Assembly (NCBI GenBank): GCA_965655095.1
Contig: OZ296659.1
Coordinates: 38,936,001-39,000,000, forward strand
Origin: Haplodiscus bocki
Lineage: Eukaryota
DNA: 64,000 nt
Direction of reading: 5' to 3'
Shown here: positions 63,599 through 64,000 of the stretch, piece after piece
Numbering within the stretch: position 1 is the stretch's first letter
Layout: each line of letters starts with the position of its first letter
Program-made: the position numbers and the translations under genes
Notes under the pieces: model-generated
What the model saw: only the letters and a program-made list of their open reading frames with translations
Databases searched by the model: none
Told to the model about the DNA's origin: nothing

Positions 63599-63928
63599 CT
63601 ACTGAAGCCCAAAAATTGATGTAGAAGTGGCAAGTAGCAAGAGATTGCGTCGATCAAGTGGAGGGGAGGGGGGTTTGAAGACCCTATGTATTAGGATAGG
63701 CAAGAGCAAGCCGAGAGGAGCCGAGAGCCGAGAATGATCTTCAACCCTAACCGAGAGCTCTCGGGTGTTTTTGGCTGACGTAATACTCGATTCTGATTGA
63801 CTGAAGAAGTCTTCCGTGCTCGAATCTGATTGGTTGCCGACTTGAATTTGGGCAAAATCAGACGGTAATGTATAAAGATAGGGAATGAAAATCAGCAATG
63901 TATTATAATAGGCTACAGGGTTTCGCAT
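63599..63928 (-). CDS. Hypothetical ORF or exon (109 aa) with signal-peptide-like start
   Basis: ATG start, locally higher GC, hydrophobic N-terminus; no recognisable family. Confidence 0.25.
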   Translation of the reverse strand: MRNPVAYYNTLLIFIPYLYTLPSDFAQIQVGNQSDSSTEDFFSQSESSITSAKNTRELSVRVEDHSRLSAPLGLLLPILIHRVFKPPSPPLDRRNLLLLATSTSIFGLQ

Positions 63929-64000
63929 TGTATAAAGATAGGGAGTGGGTTCATTTTTGGCACTCTGAGATTTTTTCGAGAATTTTTTTTTGTGGGCCCC

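Overview
Eukaryotic, AT-rich animal genomic DNA with spliceosomal introns, microsatellites and one 232-N scaffold gap; the host cannot be determined from this window. Positions 3411-26620 hold two related envelope-bearing Ty3/gypsy (Metaviridae-like) proviruses on the minus strand. A younger, nearly complete copy A (13929-26546, ~646-bp LTRs, TSD CTCA) is inserted in the 5' LTR of an older, decayed copy B (3411-26620, ~360-bp LTRs, TSD CTGG/CTAG). The element is organised like a complex retrovirus: LTR, tRNA-Leu PBS, a small PPxY membrane protein, a small Cys/His protein, gag, a UUUAAAC -1 frameshift, pol (PR, dUTPase-like spacer, RT, RNase H, TARG1/OARD1-type macrodomain, IN), an F-type env, micro-ORFs, a beta-rich ORF, a coiled-coil + DnaJ (HPD) J-domain ORF, PPT, LTR. 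The accessory ORFs occur in both diverged copies, several with synonymous or conservative change, so they appear to be real element genes. This is the main candidate novel system. Two near-identical tracts suggest gene conversion between the copies. The rest of the window contains a probable 3-exon GPI-anchored otoancorin/mesothelin/stereocilin-family gene (31227-56153), with a BEL/Pao relic and other decayed DNA in its long intron, and a PLAC8/cornifelin-family gene (58950-59453). All assignments come from manual motif reading; no database search was run.
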